Shown here one piece after another: positions 63,177 to 64,000 of a stretch of 64,000 nt of DNA. The notes beneath the pieces are model-generated. The model ran no database searches and had not been told where the DNA came from. It saw only the letters and a program-made list of their open reading frames with translations. How positions within the stretch are numbered: the stretch's first letter is position 1; every line of letters starts with the position of its first letter. The position numbers and the translations under genes are program-made. This stretch comes from Eubacteriales bacterium (lineage in GTDB: Bacteria > Bacillota > Clostridia > Oscillospirales > CAG-272), in NCBI GenBank assembly GCA_045655185.1, contig JAZOOS010000026.1, positions 9,505-73,504 on the forward strand, read 5' to 3'.

Positions 63177-64000
63177 TTATCTGTCCTTGCGTCCGTCTTT
63201 TTTTGGGGCGGATTTCTGTTTTTCTTGCTCCAATAGCTGCGGGAACTCGATCAGCATTACGGTTCGCTCAACCGATGCGCTGCGGTCATACACGTCCTTG
63301 CACATCGCAAACTCCTTGCGGAGCGTTTTTATCTTTTCGGTCAGCGCAAAGATCTCATCGCGTATCGGTTGCACCTGCTCGGGATCCTTCATCCAACGAA
63401 TCTTATTCCAAAGTGTTCGCCGTTCCTTGCAGAGCGCTTTGATTTGCGGATCGACCTTCAGAGCGTGCTGAATGAGATCATCCTTCGTTTCAAGTCCGTA
63501 CTTGCCGAGAAACTTGGCTTGCTCCGAGTACATACGGGCGCGGCGAATATCATCCTTGATGACGGCATAAGCTTCGGGATTTTTGGGGATAACCTTCGGT
63601 ATCGCACCGAGCAGGTAGAGGTAGTGCAGATAGAGCGCGCGAAGTCCTTTCGGCTTCTCCTGCAAGGTAGGCTTGTAATACTCAATCTTTTTCCATTCCA
63701 TCGTCTGTGCATTACGCCTTACCCTCGCTTCTATATCAGCCTCGGTATATCCCGCGCCGAGCTTGTCCAAGCGAAAGAATTTGTTAGAGCCATACGGTTT
63801 GATGCGGAGATATTGACCTCGACGTTCAAAGGTGTATCCGAGGGTGCGCATACGATTGTAAAAGTATTTGATGATATACTCGTAGTTGGCTACTGCATCA
63901 ATGTCCGCGCGAATCTGATCGCGTATGGTTGGAATACCTTTTTTCTCGGCGTGAACCTCTGCTATATGCTTAGCTCCTTGGTGCTTCGGTTTCTCGATGA
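63177..64000 (-). CDS. relaxase/mobilisation protein, C-terminal part (5' end beyond window)
   Basis: The frame is open to the window edge (...IEKPKHQGAKHIAEVHAEKKGIPTIRDQIRADIDAVANYEYIIKYFYNRMRTLGYTFERRGQYLRIKPYGSNKFFRLDKLGAGYTEADIEARV...). This resembles the post-catalytic region of clostridial ICE relaxases (from memory). Confidence 0.6.
   Translation of the reverse strand, partial: IEKPKHQGAKHIAEVHAEKKGIPTIRDQIRADIDAVANYEYIIKYFYNRMRTLGYTFERRGQYLRIKPYGSNKFFRLDKLGAGYTEADIEARVRRNAQTMEWKKIEYYKPTLQEKPKGLRALYLHYLYLLGAIPKVIPKNPEAYAVIKDDIRRARMYSEQAKFLGKYGLETKDDLIQHALKVDPQIKALCKERRTLWNKIRWMKDPEQVQPIRDEIFALTEKIKTLRKEFAMCKDVYDRSASVERTVMLIEFPQLLEQEKQKSAPKKDGRKDR

Overview
High-GC Clostridia-type chromosome segment (inferred from the SCIFF peptide plus maturase and many TTGACA-17-TATAAT promoters). 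It is mostly housekeeping and transport genes, interrupted by several islets that look AT-richer by eye. Core genes: partial CDF transporter, scfA/scfB, a PLP decarboxylase-family enzyme, AraC regulator + GPH symporter + GH2 glycosidase, asd, two amidohydrolases, and a 5-tRNA operon (Val-Asp-Phe-Gly-Cys). Also a tandem glycine riboswitch + alanine/glycine:cation symporter, NfeD-flotillin, MATE, TrkA/TrkH, MscS, serine hydrolase, RsmB/F-type methyltransferase, toprim protein, nth, maf, U32 peptidase, Dus, and an Opp/Dpp-type ABC importer. Accessory content: (1) three dispersed, promoter-equipped cassettes encoding a ~180-aa protein (C-terminal core of a phage MuF/SPP1-gp7 domain fused to a barnase-like RNase) plus a barstar-like immunity gene; the cassette ends are conserved, the cores are hypervariable, and one toxin is frameshifted; (2) two divergent SLOG / ribbon-helix-helix pairs; (3) three XRE / small membrane protein modules with matching operator layout; (4) a fused HTH-GHKL-STAS gene in a low-GC islet; (5) the left end of an integrative element (large serine recombinase, TnpW-like, ParB-like, relaxase) that runs off the window. 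Noncoding: one terminator palindrome (AAAGAGCAGAA-loop-TTCTGCTCTTT) recurs about 10 times. An unusual family of 'comb' arrays (variable hairpins separated by a locus-specific 7-9-nt word, inverted half-way) fills many intergenic regions, and two of these arrays sit inside copies of the terminator palindrome. All family names come from reading the sequences against remembered motifs; no database search was run.
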